Shown here: positions 1 through 13,700 of the stretch, one piece after another
How positions within the stretch are numbered: position 1 is the stretch's first letter
How the letters are laid out: each line of letters opens with the position of its first letter
Assembly (NCBI GenBank): GCA_963701185.1
Contig: OY969569.1
Location: forward strand, 615,486-665,547
Direction of reading: 5' to 3'
From: Candidatus Gottesmanbacteria bacterium
Lineage (GTDB): Bacteria; Patescibacteriota; Microgenomatia; UBA10105; UBA927
Length of the DNA stretch: 50,062 nt
Notes under the pieces: model-generated
Databases searched by the model: none
Seen by the model: only the letters and a program-made list of their open reading frames with translations
Told to the model about the DNA's origin: nothing
Made by a program: the position numbers and the translations under genes

Positions 1-3000
1 GCCGGAGAAACTTCGGGCGTTGGCAGGGGTGCCGCTGACGGAGTCGACGTTGTTGTCGTCATATCCGAAACCAGTATGGCCCGCCAATTATACAGATAAT
101 CCCGAATCGCCGTGCCCCTGATGCTTATGCGGAATCCGTTTTTCGTGATGTCCGTCACGTAGGCATTCTGCCCCTCTTCCACAAACAAAGCTTGGTCTGA
201 ACTTTCGGGGATGACCAACGAGAACGTCACGACCGGCGGGGTATCGTAGGACGCAGGAAAAACCACATCAACGGCGTTGGTATCCTTGGCGATAATCGCC
301 TGGCCTGCCGTACTGTTGTTGAAGATCGCGACTCCTTTCATGATGAGGTTTTTATGGAATATCACCGTATCAAAATATTCAACAAGAGATCGGAAGAGTG
401 CAGGACCCTGAAACCCGACGCCGGCCTTAAACGTCACCGCTCCCGTTGCCTCCAGTTGGTTGAGAGAGGTCAGCACGGGGATCGTGTTTCCTTTGTCGAT
501 GAGTGCCTGGACTCCGGCCAGGGCAATACCCGCCGTATCCAGGGCGGCCAGGTGGGTGGCATCCTCCCCGACCCCGAAGATTTCGTAGAATTTCTCTGCC
601 GTGGGGCCGATGTGGGTGACCGTATCCGGATTGGCTTTGTAGTTCCACCGGGTAAGGGGAAGGCTTGAAATCTTGGTCAAGAGATCCGCAGGATCCACGG
701 GGGTGAAGTTCTCTTTCAGGGCGATACTGGAGGTATTCTCCCAGACCCCGACATTGGAGAGGTAGGCGCCGGTGCCGGTATCGATGGGTTTGGTCGGAAG
801 AGACTGCCGTGCCGATCCCCACGTTGCCGGCAAAGTAGGCACTGCCCGTACTCGTGAGACTCCCCAGGACTGCTCCGGTGCTTCCCTGCCATTCCTGCAG
901 GTTGGCGGTTTGGGACAGGGATCCTTTGACAATGAGGCCCTGGAGGGTAGAAAGTCCTGTATTGAGGGTGGTGGTACTTTCCACCGTCAGCTGGCCTAAC
1001 CCGGTCAGGCTGTTTTGGACGGAGAATGTCGAGGCGAGATCAGAACTGCCCAGCAAGGCCAGATTGTCCAGATACACGGTTTTATTTGCTTTTACGAGGA
1101 CGCCGTATGGTTTAGAAGATGCAACACCAGTCACCGTTGCCGACATTCTGTACCAACCCGATCCGAGCGATGTGTAGGTGGTGGTTTGTGGAATTGCTCC
1201 CGCAATAAGTTGGGCGTCACTGGATGTAACTGCAGCGCCTGTGGTGTAGATGGCGGCGGTGAGTGTATACGTTGACGTGTCGCCAACATTGACGGATTGA
1301 GTGAATGCTGCATCATTTGCTCCGGCGACAAGTTTTGTGCTTCCTGCTGATCCGCCATATGTCGTTGCGGTTTCCGCCGTTGTCGTCAAATTCGTATCCA
1401 ACATTCCCGTGGTATACTCTCCCCCGGTCCCCCGGGCCCACAGGGTAAAGTTGTCAAACGTGTTGCTGGCATATGTTGAAAAAAGACCGTGTTTGGTATT
1501 GGTATTGGCCGTCATCGTTAACTCTGCTCCTACAAGAGCATTGTTGTAGTAAACCCGCAATTTGTTACCATCTTTGATAGCTCGCAGGGTAGCCCCGGCG
1601 ACATATGTAACTGTGGTTGTCTGTTTGTTGGTATATACTCCTGCCACTGCCTCATCTACTAATACTTGAGTGCCGTTGTGATAAATAAGAATAAAGTTAG
1701 CCGGACTACCAGTAGAATCCAAGTTTAATACCAATCCTGCTTGGGTGCCTGCAGTCATGGTCACATTCGCATCAGCAATGACATCACTGTCGCTTGTGGC
1801 GACCGTGGAGAAGAGGGAGGAAAGGGTGAGAGGTTTGACTGACAAATCATCGAGATATAAACTTTTGGAACCAAAATTGTTTCCCCGTTCGACTCTATAT
1901 GTTGTTGTGGCGGTTCTAAAGGTCGAAAGATAATTTGCATATGATGTTGTTGGATTGAATTGTGTCCTATCATTTGCTCCAGTTCCCCCAGCTTTAAAAT
2001 CTGGACTAGATGTTGTACTACTGACTTTTGCCCACATATTTTGGTAATACCAACCCCCTGAAACTAGTTTAGTGGTCTCGTCTATATACATATCGCTATT
2101 TCCAGCATCAACATCAAATCTAGCGGCGTGACCTCCCCCATGAATATCTACTGTTTCATCGGCGATAGTTCCACTTGCCTTGGTTTCTACCCAGTTTGCG
2201 AAGACATCATTACCTCCAGCACCAGCTGTTTCAAATCCTATATTATCCAAAATCTCACTCCCCAAACTTGGTGTAATCACATTTTTGTTTGAAGAAATGG
2301 CTCCTCCTGTCCAGGCTAAAGAGGGTGTGGTTTGAGAATCCGGGCCAGTAGTTTCACTATTGCCAATCGCCCCATCCCCACGGGTAAACGTATCATATGC
2401 CAATGGTGTCGGGAGCCAAAGGTTGGTGGGGATGCGGATGTTGTCAGCGGTGAGAGAATTTACATTTCCGGCAGTGCCAATACGAGGTACTAAAGCCCCT
2501 GAACCCGTGGAATTTATCCAAAGTAATGACCAATTTGTAAAGGCTCCACCTTTAATAAACCAATATGTTCCTGTAGTACGCATGACTGAAGCGATTTGGT
2601 AGGGTGAGGTACTTATTGTTTCTATGTTGAGGGGATAACTATTATAGTTAATTCCAGCATAGTTATATAAAAGATCACCATTCCACCCAAACTGCATTCC
2701 TCCTCCACCGCTTGGTTGGTAAACATTACCAATCAATAATTTACCCGCAACTCTAGCTTGAGAGGGATAGTTAAGAGTGGCAGCACCATACGCAAGATTC
2801 AGGCTACCTGATCCGATTGAGACGGTATTCGTATCCACCACAGTTCTTACCCCTCCCGTGGGTTCCGCCTGGGTGCCGTTGACGGCTCCTGCGGCGCGGT
2901 CGGTCGTAAACTGGTCTTCCAGTACGTTGCCGTAGTCCCAGGAGGAGATCCCGGCATCAAAAGTCGGATTGGTAAACTTGTTGCCCGAGGAACCCGAAGG

Positions 3001-6000
3001 GATATCAATGGAGGCCGCGGCATCAGCGGTATAGCGCAGGGCCAACTTCGAGATACCGCCGGAGATAATCTTCAGCGCTTCCGTTCCGGCGGCAGATTCG
3101 GCGGCAATGGTACCGGTGACCTGCAATTTCGATGTCGGTGCCGTGGTGCCGATCCCCACCAGGCCGGACGCGGTGATGCGCATCTGTTCCGTGGCCCCGT
3201 TGGTGGTGAAAAGAAGGGCATTATTGGTTTGCATCGTCAGGTTGGTGGTGCCGGAGAGAGAGTTCGTCGTCCCCAGGGTGAGGGTCCCGGCCGTGGAGGT
3301 GAGGGTGCCGGAGGCTTTGATATTCCCGGTGACATCCAACACTTCCGAAGGCGCGGTGGAACCGATCCCCACCCGCCCGTTGGTGGTATCAATATCCAGA
3401 ACTGCAGTTCCTGCTGCATTGTTGAACTGATAGGCTGTCGTGGTATTGGTAGACCGGGAGAAGGTTAATCCGCCGAGGGCATCCACGGCTCCCAGGACGG
3501 TTCCGGATGAGCTCTGCCACTCCTGAAGGTTGGCGGATTGTCCGGAGAAGCCTTTGACAACGAGGGCCGGGAGGGAAGCAAGACCGGAGTTGAGGGTGGA
3601 GGTGGATTCCACACTCAGGCCTCCCAGACCCGTGGTGGAGTTGGTAATGGCCAGGGTGGTACCGGCGCCGGAGGAACTGAAGAGGGCCAGATTATCCACG
3701 TAGACGGTCTTCCCTGCTTTGACCCGGACCCCGTAGTTTTTGGCACTTGTCACCCCGGTGAGAGTGGAGGAGAGTTTGTACCAGCCATTGCCCGCGGACG
3801 TATAGGTGGTGGTCAGGGCGGTGGCGGACACATCACTGAAGAGCTCGACATCCGCCGAGGTGACCGCCGCACCGGTCGTATATGCGTAGGCGGTGAGGTT
3901 GTAGGAAGACGTATCCGGCAGGGTGACACGTTGGGTGTAGGCATTGTCGTTGGTGCCGGCAACCAGTTTGAGCGAGGCGGTTCCGGCATATGGTATGGTT
4001 GTATCGCGTGTTGCCGTCAGATCCACATCCGGCAGCCCGGTGGTATATTCCCCTCCCGTCCCCCGGGCAAAGAGGGTAAAATTATCAAACGTATTGCCGG
4101 AATAAGTGGAAACAGTCCATGTTTGGTGTTAGTATTGGCCGTCATCGTTAACTCTGCTCCGACCAGGGCATTGTTGTAGTAAACCCGAAGTTTGGTACTC
4201 GTCCGGCACGAGACCCGGAGCGTCGCTCCGGCAACGTAGGTAGAGGCGGTGGATTGTTTAATTGGTGTAGACTCCGGCGACGGCTTCATCCACTTTCACA
4301 TTCGTGCCATCATGGTACACAATGATGAAGTTGGCAGGAGAGCTTGTTGAATCCAAATTCGTTACCAGTCCTGCCTGAGTCCCAGCAGTCATCGTCACAT
4401 TCGCATCAGCAATCACATCAGCATCACTGGTTGCGACAGTGGAGAAAAGGGAGGAGAGGGTGAGGGGTTTGAGGGTAACATTATCAACTGTGCCACCAAA
4501 TCCATCTAATGCTTGTAAAAGTAGGTTTGTATTTGATGTGCCAGATCGACCAGTTCTTACTACTGCCCCGGTTGATGTAGAAAATGGGAAACTACCAAGT
4601 CCTGCGAAAATATATAATTCTCCAGCAGTGCGTGTCATGTCGGTTGTAAACTGGTACCAAGTCCCACCAGTTACAATTGAAGATTGCGTCATATTATTGC
4701 CAGCACCTGCTCCTGCAGTTGCAATTCCTGCACCGATTGTCCAATTTGCATCGTGTGTCCACACCGTATCTGAATCAAAAGTACCGTTTACAACAACATC
4801 ATTTCCAATCGTCGGTGTAATAGAAAGAACTCCCCCCGCCACTGCTCCGCCGGTGATGGCGAGAGCGGAGGTCGTTTGGGAATCAGGCCCGCTGGTTTCC
4901 GTCGTCGTTGCCCCCGGAGTCCCGAAAGTCGAATATGCCAATGGTGTCGGGAGCCAAGTGGAGGTGGGGATATGGAGGTAGTCAACTAAAGTTTGGGTTG
5001 TATTTAGACCATATAAAAGAGAAGCAGGATAGAGAGTTGCCGTATTTCCCGTACTCCCAATCCAGTTCAATTTCCAACCAGTTCCGTCATTTAGAAATAC
5101 ATAGTTTCCCGTAGAACGTAATACATTAGCTATTTTATAGGTAGTGTTGTATGCGGTATTTGCCGTTAAGATTGTACTGCCATTTGCGACTGCATAGAAA
5201 CCAGACGTCGAGGATGGTGTATAGAGATAACCCGCAGAGGCAAAGTTTGCAAAGCTTGTTGGATTACTTATATTTGACCATCCATGCACTGAAAATATGT
5301 TTCCAGATGGTCCTGTTATTGCATCCGTAATCATCGTCTTTCCAGCAACACGAGTAACACCACTATAAAGCAACCTCGGATCACCAAGAACACCACTACC
5401 AGCAGAGAAATTAGCTAAGCCAGATGATATTGATAACTTTCCTGTCACATCCGTCACCGTTCTCACTCCTCCCGTGGGTTCGGCTTGGGTACCGTCAAGG
5501 TTGGTAGTGATGAGGAAGTTGGTAAAGCTATTACTTGCGTACGTACTAAATAATCCCTGCAACGTGTTGTTGACAATACCTGCATCAGAAATCGTTTGAT
5601 CAGCTCCGATTTGCGCGCCGTTGTAGATGAGTTTATAGACATTCCCTACTTTCGCTACTTTCAGCGTCGCTCCGGCAACATAGGCAGCGGCGGTGTTAAT
5701 GAGGGAGGTATATGTCCCCCCCACATTTTTATCCAGGTGAACACTGGTTCCGTCATGGTAGGCAATGACAAAGTTGGCGGGAGTACTGGCTGAATCCAGA
5801 TTAAGAACCAGTCCTGCCTGTGTTCCTGCCGTCAGCGTCACCCCGGCAGACATAATCTTATTCCCCGTCGCCTCGGCGACCGTGGAGAAAAGGGAGGAAA
5901 GGGTGAGGGGTTTGGCGGAAACATCGTCCATCCTGCTTTCCAATCCAATCGTATTTAATTGATTTGTAGTTTGAAAGCGTGAAGTAGTCGAAGTCGCCCT

Positions 6001-7797
6001 CCCTGTTATGATTTTCTGCGTCCAGCTTGTTGATGAGTTAATAAGGGTTTGACTCAACCCCTCAAATGAATTATTTGCCGTTATTTTCTTTAACCAAACC
6101 GATGCAGTATACCAGGTTCCCACCACGGTTGTCGTATTTTGAAGAGCTATTCCATAGTTTGCTGCCCCGTTAGTAACTGATAAACTTTGAGAACCGCTTC
6201 CGCCCGTTCTTTCATCGGCTACTCCAGCAAGTGTAGCCGAGGCGGCAGCCGTCCAGTTATTAGGCGGATTTCCCGTTTCCATATCCCCATTTGTTAACAA
6301 CTCACTCCCCAGCGCTGGTGTAATCACGCCACTATTTGTCAGTGTTGAAACGCCGGAGACCAGGGTCGTCGGGGCGGCGGTGGTAAACTGGTCCAACAGG
6401 GTATTGGTATTCCACCCGCCGGTCGTAATATCCGTGTCAAAGGTGCCGTTGGTAAATTTATTGACGGAAGAGGCGCCGGGGACATCCAGCGTTGCTCCCG
6501 ATCCCGTCCACTTCATCGCCAGTTTGGCCGCATCGGCCGTATCCGTGAGTTTTAATCCTTCGACTCCGCTTGCGACTTTTGCGGCCATGTCCCCCACGAC
6601 GGTGAGGGTATTGGCGGGAGCCGTGGTCCCGATACCCACACGGGAGTTTGTGGTATCAAACGAGAGAATATTGGATATATTTTTGGTCGTGAGGACCGCC
6701 GTATCAACCAGGGTGAGATTGCCGGTTGTATCAACCGAGGCCACGATGGTCCCGTTATGGCCGTAGATGGTTAAGGGGGTATCCGTGACCGGGGCATTCA
6801 CGGCACCGGAATACCCCAAGACGATATCCCCATCCTCGTCCATCAGCGCTTTCTGATACCCGGCAATGGCAAACGCAAGGAGCTGTCCGTTGGCAACCGA
6901 CGTCGTCGGATTAATGAGGACCGATGCCTGGGCAAGCGTACTGTCGGTAGGCGCATACGTAAACGTGGTCTGGCCGGAAAAAATCTGGGACAAATTTGAG
7001 TGGAGATTTGCCACAAGCAGATTATCAAACCGTTTGCCCGCGGACCCCAAATCACTGCCCAAATCCGTATCAGGCAAGATGTCGTGCCCGTTGGTAATCG
7101 TCGCATTTCCGAAGGTGAGGGTATCCATCACGACGGCGTCCGTGGTTGTCGTTAACCCGACCGTGGTGCCGCTGTCGGTCCAGCCCGAAAGCGCGTAGTT
7201 GGGCGCTTCCATATTAATGGTTACGGTTTTCCCTGTCGCGTCGGTGGTGATGGTGACTGCCCCGCTTGCGGCCAAGGTCAGCGTATCGGTATTACTTCCG
7301 GCCGCGATACTGGTTTGGCCGGACACGGCGATGGTTTTAAAAATATTCTGGGCCGCGCCGGTATCGCTGTTGGTGATTTTTAATCCATCGACGGTCATGC
7401 CGCCTCCCGCAGTTAAGGATAAAGCACCGGTACTGCCCCCTAACGATACCACGCCTGTATTTGTTATGACGGGAGTCTGACCGGTAGAGACACTCACGCC
7501 TGTCCCGGCAGTTAATCCGTGGAGAATGTTTCCTGCCGTAATGGATGCAAATGATCCGGTACTTGCAGGAGCCTCGATATCCCCGGAGACGACCAGCCCG
7601 GTATCAAACGTTGCCGTGTCTTTAAACTCTGCCGGCACATGGACGGTGAAGATGAAACTGCCGGACCCGCTGGCAATGTTTTCACCTAAAACATTTACAG
7701 ACGGCAATGACGATCGGGTAAAACCTGCGATACCGGCGACGGCCAAAATAGCCACAAATGTCCCTATTTGTCCAAGTTTTGTTTGTAATAATTTCAT
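1..7797 (-). CDS. Giant membrane-anchored fibre/adhesin-like protein C with S74 chaperone domain; 3' end runs off the window; frame broken at about 4260, 4110 and 790 in this sequence
   Basis: ORF pieces 4258-7797, 4017-4289 and 427-4026, then an S74/C-terminal part in a shifted frame to base 1. N-terminal hydrophobic anchor (IGTFVAILAVAGIAGF) then VLG motif; repeated (G/R)VGIGTTAP motifs; paralogous end-to-end with the two upstream genes. Confidence 0.75.
221..1072. repeat. Near-identical repeat of 7967-8817
   Basis: Shadow ORFs 354-668 and 8100-8414 are identical (offset 7746); sequence match seen by eye. Confidence 0.85.
495..731 (-). other. Peptidase S74 intramolecular chaperone domain (copy C)
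   Basis: DNA near-identical to copy B, which reads WENTSSIALKENFTPVDPADLL..LPLTRWNYK..HIGPTAE..; Ser and Lys spaced S+5 as in S74 autocleavage dyads. End boundary approximate. Confidence 0.8.
3120..4075. repeat. Near-identical repeat of about 18976-19931; part also repeated at about 10890-11430
   Basis: Shadow ORF pairs 3229/19085 and 3538/19394 share offset 15856; the encoded segment DLTATRDTTIPYAG..TSKLQVTG is essentially identical. Confidence 0.85.
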
Positions 7798-10700
7798 GGT
7801 GCTGTCTCCCCTGAACCCGTAGATTCCACTGTATCAGAATTATCCGGCGCAAGCGCGACCCAATTGAACCGGTACTCGTGCAGTGCCCCATCCGGAACCG
7901 TGATGCGGAAACCTTTTTCGGTGACATTGGTGATGAATGCGTTCTGCCCCTCGGAGCCGACGCGTGAGAACGTCACGACCGGCGGGGTATCGTAGGACGC
8001 AGGAAAAACCACATCAACGGCGTTGGTATCCTTGGCGATAATCGCCTGGCCTGCCGTACTGTTGTTGAAGATCGCGACTCCTTTCATGATGAGGTTTTTA
8101 TGGAATATCACCGTATCAAAATATTCAACAAGAGATCGGAAGAGTGCAGGACCCTGAAACCCGACGCCGGCCTTAAACGTCACCGCTCCCGTTGCCTCCA
8201 GTTGGTTGAGAGAGGTCAGCACGGGGATCGTGTTTCCTTTGTCGATGAGTGCCTGGACTCCGGCCAGGGCAATACCCGCCGTATCCAGGGCGGCCAGGTG
8301 GGTGGCATCCTCCCCGACCCCGAAGATTTCGTAGAATTTCTCTGCCGTGGGGCCGATGTGGGTGACCGTATCCGGATTGGCTTTGTAGTTCCACCGGGTA
8401 AGGGGAAGGCGTGAAATCTTGGTCAAGAGATCCGCAGGATCCACGGGGGTGAAGTTCTCTTTCAGGGCGATACTGGAGGTATTCTCCCAGACCCCGACAT
8501 TGGAGAGGTAGGCGCCGGTGCCGGTATCGATGGGTTTGACGGAAGAGACTGCCGTGCCGATCCCCACGTTGCCGGCAAAGTAGGCACTGCCCGTACTCGT
8601 GAGACTCCCCAGGACTGCTCCGGTGCTTCCCTGCCATTCCTGCAGGTTGGCGGTTTGGGACAGGGATCCTTTGACAATGAGGCCCTGGAGGGTAGAAAGT
8701 CCTGTATTGAGGGTGGTGGTACTTTCCACCGTCAGCTGGCCTAACCCGGTCAGGCTGTTTTGGACGGAGAATGTCGAGGCGAGATCAGAACTGCCCAGCA
8801 AGGCCAGATTGTCCAGGTACACGGTTTTCCCGGCATGGACGTACACGCCGTAGGGTTTGGCACTTGCTACCCCCGTGACCGTTGCCTTCATCCGATACCA
8901 CCCGCCCCCGACAGCCGTGTACGTGGTGGGAAGGATATTCGGGCCTGCAGAGAGTTCAGCGTCTGCCGCCGTGACCGCGCTCCCGGTCGTATAGATGGCG
9001 GCGGTGAGCGTATACGTATTGGTGTCCCCCACGTTGACGCTTTGGGAAAATGCCCCGCCGCTTACTGCCACGATTTTTGTACTTGCCGGGCTGCCGCCGT
9101 ACGTTGTCGCCGTATCACTCGTCACCGTCAGATTCGTATCCGGGATATCCGTATACTCTCCTCCCGTCCCCCGGGCCCACAGGGTAAAGTTGTCAAACGT
9201 ATTGCCGGAGTATGTCGAAAAAAGACCGTGTTTGGTATTGGTGTTGGCCGTCATCGTTAACTCTGCTCCTACAAGAGCATTGTTGTAGTAGACCCGCAGT
9301 TTAGTGCCGTCCCGGACGGCCCGAAGCGTCGCTCCGGCGACATAGGTCACGGCCGTAGATTGTTTGTTGGTATATACTCCGGCGACGGCTTCATCAACTT
9401 TGACACTTGTCCCATCGTGATACACAATGATGAAGTTGGCAGGGCGGCGGTACTATCCAAATTTAGCACTAGTCCCGCCTGTGTTCCGGCAGTCATAGTT
9501 ACATTAGCATCCGCCACCACATTACTGGTTCGCTGCGGGGACTGAAGGAGAAAAGGGTGGAGAGGGTGATGGGTTTAATTGAAACATCGTCAAATTGTGC
9601 TGTGCCATTTGTACCATCCCTGAGATATATAGGTTGAGGAATGGAAATAGAACGGGCGGAACGAATTTTTTGTGTCCAAGTAGAAGATGTGTTGTCTAAA
9701 TATGGATCTCCGTTAAACACAAGACAGGCATTAGTTCCGTCATAGACTTCTATTCCATGCATTTATTTGATACCATGCTCCAACAACTGTTGTTATATTC
9801 TGGAATTCCCGCTTGGGGAGTTACTGTTCCCCCATAAGCAATTTGAAGAGATTGTGTTCCTGCGCACCAGTATGTTCCGCTACGGTGGTTAAGACAGCAT
9901 TTCTATCAGCAGTCCAGCTGCTTGGTGGGTTACCTGTTTCCATGTTCCCATTTGTTAACATCTCACTCCCCAATGTCGGTGTGATAGTCATTACTCCACC
10001 GGCTTTGGTGCCACCTGTCCAGTTGACAGTTGGGGGTGGTTTGGCCATCCGGCCCGGTGCGCTCGGTAACTGTGGCCATCGGCAGATGAAAAAGTATCAT
10101 AGGCCAGAGGTGTCGGCAGCCAGGTGGTGGTGGGGATACGGATGTTATCAGCGGTACAATGCTGCAGTAGCACCACTCCAAGCGCTTACACCTGGGTACA
10201 TTGTTGAGGTTGCAGCAGTGGACTGAATGTATACGAGAGTCCAGTTAGTGTACGCACCGCCTTTTATATAGTAATAGGCGCCATTAGTTCGTAAAACTAC
10301 AGCTATTTTGTAGTTCGTAGCATAACTAAATGCTCCCAAAGAGGAACTATTATTGCCATTATCCGTGGCATATAATACTTCCAGTTTCACTAAAATAAAT
10401 ACCATTGGCTTGGACTCGTCCTGCACTGGCCATCATCAAAACCTAGACCAATTCTTCCCGACGAAGCAATATTAATGTCCAGATAAGACTGTCCTTCCGG
10501 CAGATCTTGTTATACTGGGCCACCAAATACCGGGATTACCATCACCTACAGTTGATCCTGAAACAGACAACTGGCCACCTGTTATAGACAGTAGGGAGGT
10601 TGTATCCACCACTGTCCTTGTTCCCCCCGTGGGTTCAGCTTGGGTGCCGTTGACACTGCCTGCGGCCCGGTCGGTCGTAAACTGGTCCTCCAGTACGTTC

Positions 10701-13700
10701 CCGTAGTCCCAGGAGGAGATCCCGGCATCAAAGGTCGGATTGGTAAACTTGTTGCCCGAGGAACCCGAAGGGATATCAATGGAGGCCGCGGCATCAGCGG
10801 TATAGCGCAGGGCCAACTTCGAGATACCGCCGGAGATAATCTTCAACGCTTCCGCTCCGGCGGCAGATTCTGCGGCAATCGTACCGGTGACCTGCAATTT
10901 TGACGTGGGTGCCGTAGTGCCGATGCCCACCAGGCCGGACGCGGTGATGCGCATCTGTTCCGTGGACCCGTTGGTGGTGAAAAGAAGGGCATTGTTCGTT
11001 TGCATCGTCAGATTGGTGGTACCGGAGAGAGAGTTCGTCGTACCCAGGGTGAGGGTCCCGGCCGTGGAGGTGAGGGTGCCGGAGGCTTTGATATTCCCGG
11101 TGACATCCAACACTTCCGAAGGCGCGGTGGAACCGATCCCCACCCGCCCGTTGGTGGTATCAATATCCAGAACTGCAGTTCCTGCTGCATTGTTGAACTG
11201 ATAGGCTGTCGTGGTATTGGTAGACCGGGAGAAGGTTAATCCGCCGAGGGCATCCACGGCTCCCAGGACGGTTCCGGATGAGCTCTGCCACTCCTGAAGG
11301 TTGGCGGATTGTCCGGAGAAGCCTTTGACAACGAGGGCCGGGAGGGAAGCAAGACCGGAGTTGAGGGTGGAGGTGGATTCCACACTCAGGCCTCCCAGAC
11401 CCGTGGTGGAGTTGGTAATGGCCAGGGTGGTATTAGGACCGCTTGTTGCATATAACGCGAAACTGTCAATATAGACGGTTTTGCCTGCATGAACTGACAC
11501 GCCGTAATTTTTGGCAGAGGCCACACCCGTCAGCGTTCCGGTTAACCGGTACCAGCCGCTGCCGACGGATGTAAATGTTGTGGCAATGGCCGACCCGTCG
11601 TAAAACAGATCCAGATCCGCAGTTGTCACGGCACTCCCGTCGGTGTAGGCGTAGGCGCTTACTGTATATACTGATGTGTCCGGCAATGTCACGGATTGGG
11701 CGTAGGCATTGTCGTTGGTGCCGGCAACCAGTTTGAGCGAGGCGGTTCCGGCATAGTGGACGGAGGTGTCCCGGGTGGCCGTAAGGCCCGTATCCGGAAT
11801 ATTTATATACTCATTCCCCGTCCCGCGGGCAAAGAGAGTGAAGTTGTCAAACGTGTTGCCAGAGTAGGTAGAGAATAATCCGTGTATGGTATTGGTGTTG
11901 GCCGTCATGGTTAATTCAGATCCGACCAGGGCATTGTTGTAATACACTCGTAGTTTGGTTCCTTCTCTAATGGCTCGGAGTGTGGCCCCAGCACTATATG
12001 TTACTGTCGTTGTTTGTTTGTTGGTATATACTCCGGCTACTGCCTCATCAACTAATACCTGCGTGCCATTATGGTATACCAGGATAAAGTTTGCCGGACT
12101 ACTTGTGGAATCTAAATTTAATACTAACCCAGCCTGAGTTCCTGCAGTTAAAGTTACATTTACATCAGCCACCACATTGGCAGTATTGGCTGGCACAGTG
12201 GAGAAGAGGGAGGAGAGGGTGAGGGGCGTAACTGATACATCGTCTGTTCTGGTCTCTTGGCCTAACGTTGACGACTGACTTTCTAGTTGTATATAATTGG
12301 TAGTTGAAAGTGAACGCCTTACTCCTAGTCCATAGGTCCATGATGTGCTGGCGATATTTGCAAATGTGAACCAATTTGTTCCGTCATAATAACGCAAAGC
12401 CATTGATGGAGCATTTATATTTTTAGCCCATCCAGATGCTTGATACCATGTTCCGTTTGATACAGATAACGTTTCTCTAGCGCTTGGATAATTACCGCCA
12501 TTATGGATAATTGACATTGATTTCGTCCCACTACCTCCAGTTCTTTCATCATTTACGCTAGATAGTGTGGCAAGATTGAGAACTGCCCAACCAGAAGGAG
12601 GATCACCAGTTTCCATATTCCCATTTGTCACCATCTCACTCCCCAATGTCGGTGTGATACTCAGAACTCCTCCCGCCACGGTTCCGCCGGTGAGGGCGAG
12701 GGCGGGGGTCGTTTGGGAATCAGGCCCGCTGGTTTCCGTCGTCGTTGCCCCCGGGGTGCCAAAAGTTGAGTATGCCAGGGGAGTAGGTAGCCAGGTGGTG
12801 GTGGGGATGCGGATGTTATCAGAGGTAAAGGCGCCATCATAATTTCCAATTGTGGGGTAAAGAGTACTTGTTGAATCTTCATTCCCTGTCCACAAGAGAG
12901 TCCAGTTAGTATATGCCCCACCTTTAATAAAGGTGAAACTACCAGTGCTTCGTAAAACAGTAGCAATGTTGTAAGTACTGTTTGAATAACTTCCAATACT
13001 TTCAGATGCATCGTGACCTGCAAATATTGTATTACTTGAGTGAAATGTCACGTAAGAATCTGAAGATAACTGAAAACCGTAATTTGGAGCTGAATTCGTT
13101 TTAAAACCGATTCTCTTGAACGTCCCTGTGTTAGGTGTTATTTGACTTACCATCATTTTGCCGGCAGATCTGGTTACTGAACCGTAGCGTATTCCCGGGT
13201 CGGCGTATCCACTTAATCCACCAGAAAAATTTAATACTCCACTTCCAATACTAACTTTGTTTGTGCTATCCACAACAGTTCTCACTCCTCCCGTCGGTTC
13301 GGCCGAAGTGCCGTCAAGGTTGGTGGTGATGAGGAAGTTGGTAAAGCTATTACTTGCGTACGTACTAAATAATCCCTGCAACGTGTTGTTGACAATACCT
13401 GCATCAGAAATCGTTTGATCAGCTCCGATTTGCGCGCCGTTGTAGATGAGTTTATAGACATTCCCTACTTTCGCTACTTTCAGCGTCGCTCCGGCAACAT
13501 AGGCAGCGGCGGTGTTAATGAGGGAGGTATATGTCCCCCCCACATTTTTATCCAGGTGAACACTGGTTCCGTCATGGTAGGCAATGACAAAGTTGGCGGG
13601 AGTACTGGCTGAATCCAGATTAAGAACCAGTCCTGCCTGTGTTCCTGCCGTCAGCGTCACCCCGGCAGAAATAATCTTATTCACCGTCGCCTCGGTGACT

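Noticed and set aside
780-800. Frame break in giant gene C as a programmed frameshift
   Set aside because: The sequence TCTTCCG-ACCAAA is a hybrid of the copy B variant (TCT TCC GTC AAA) and the copy A variant (TCT GCG ACC AAA), typical of a mixed-read consensus error.
4080-4290. Gene C split into separate genes or a pseudogene
   Set aside because: An extra base near 4260 and a missing base near 4110 compensate; flanking ORFs are in the same frame and collinear with intact repeats; likely sequence error.
9425-10480. Cluster of small ORFs or a true pseudogene segment
   Set aside because: Many scattered indels garble otherwise conserved anchors, the whole gene span stays a multiple of 3, and non-repetitive genes in the window are intact. 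Low-quality consensus is more likely, though real decay is not excluded.
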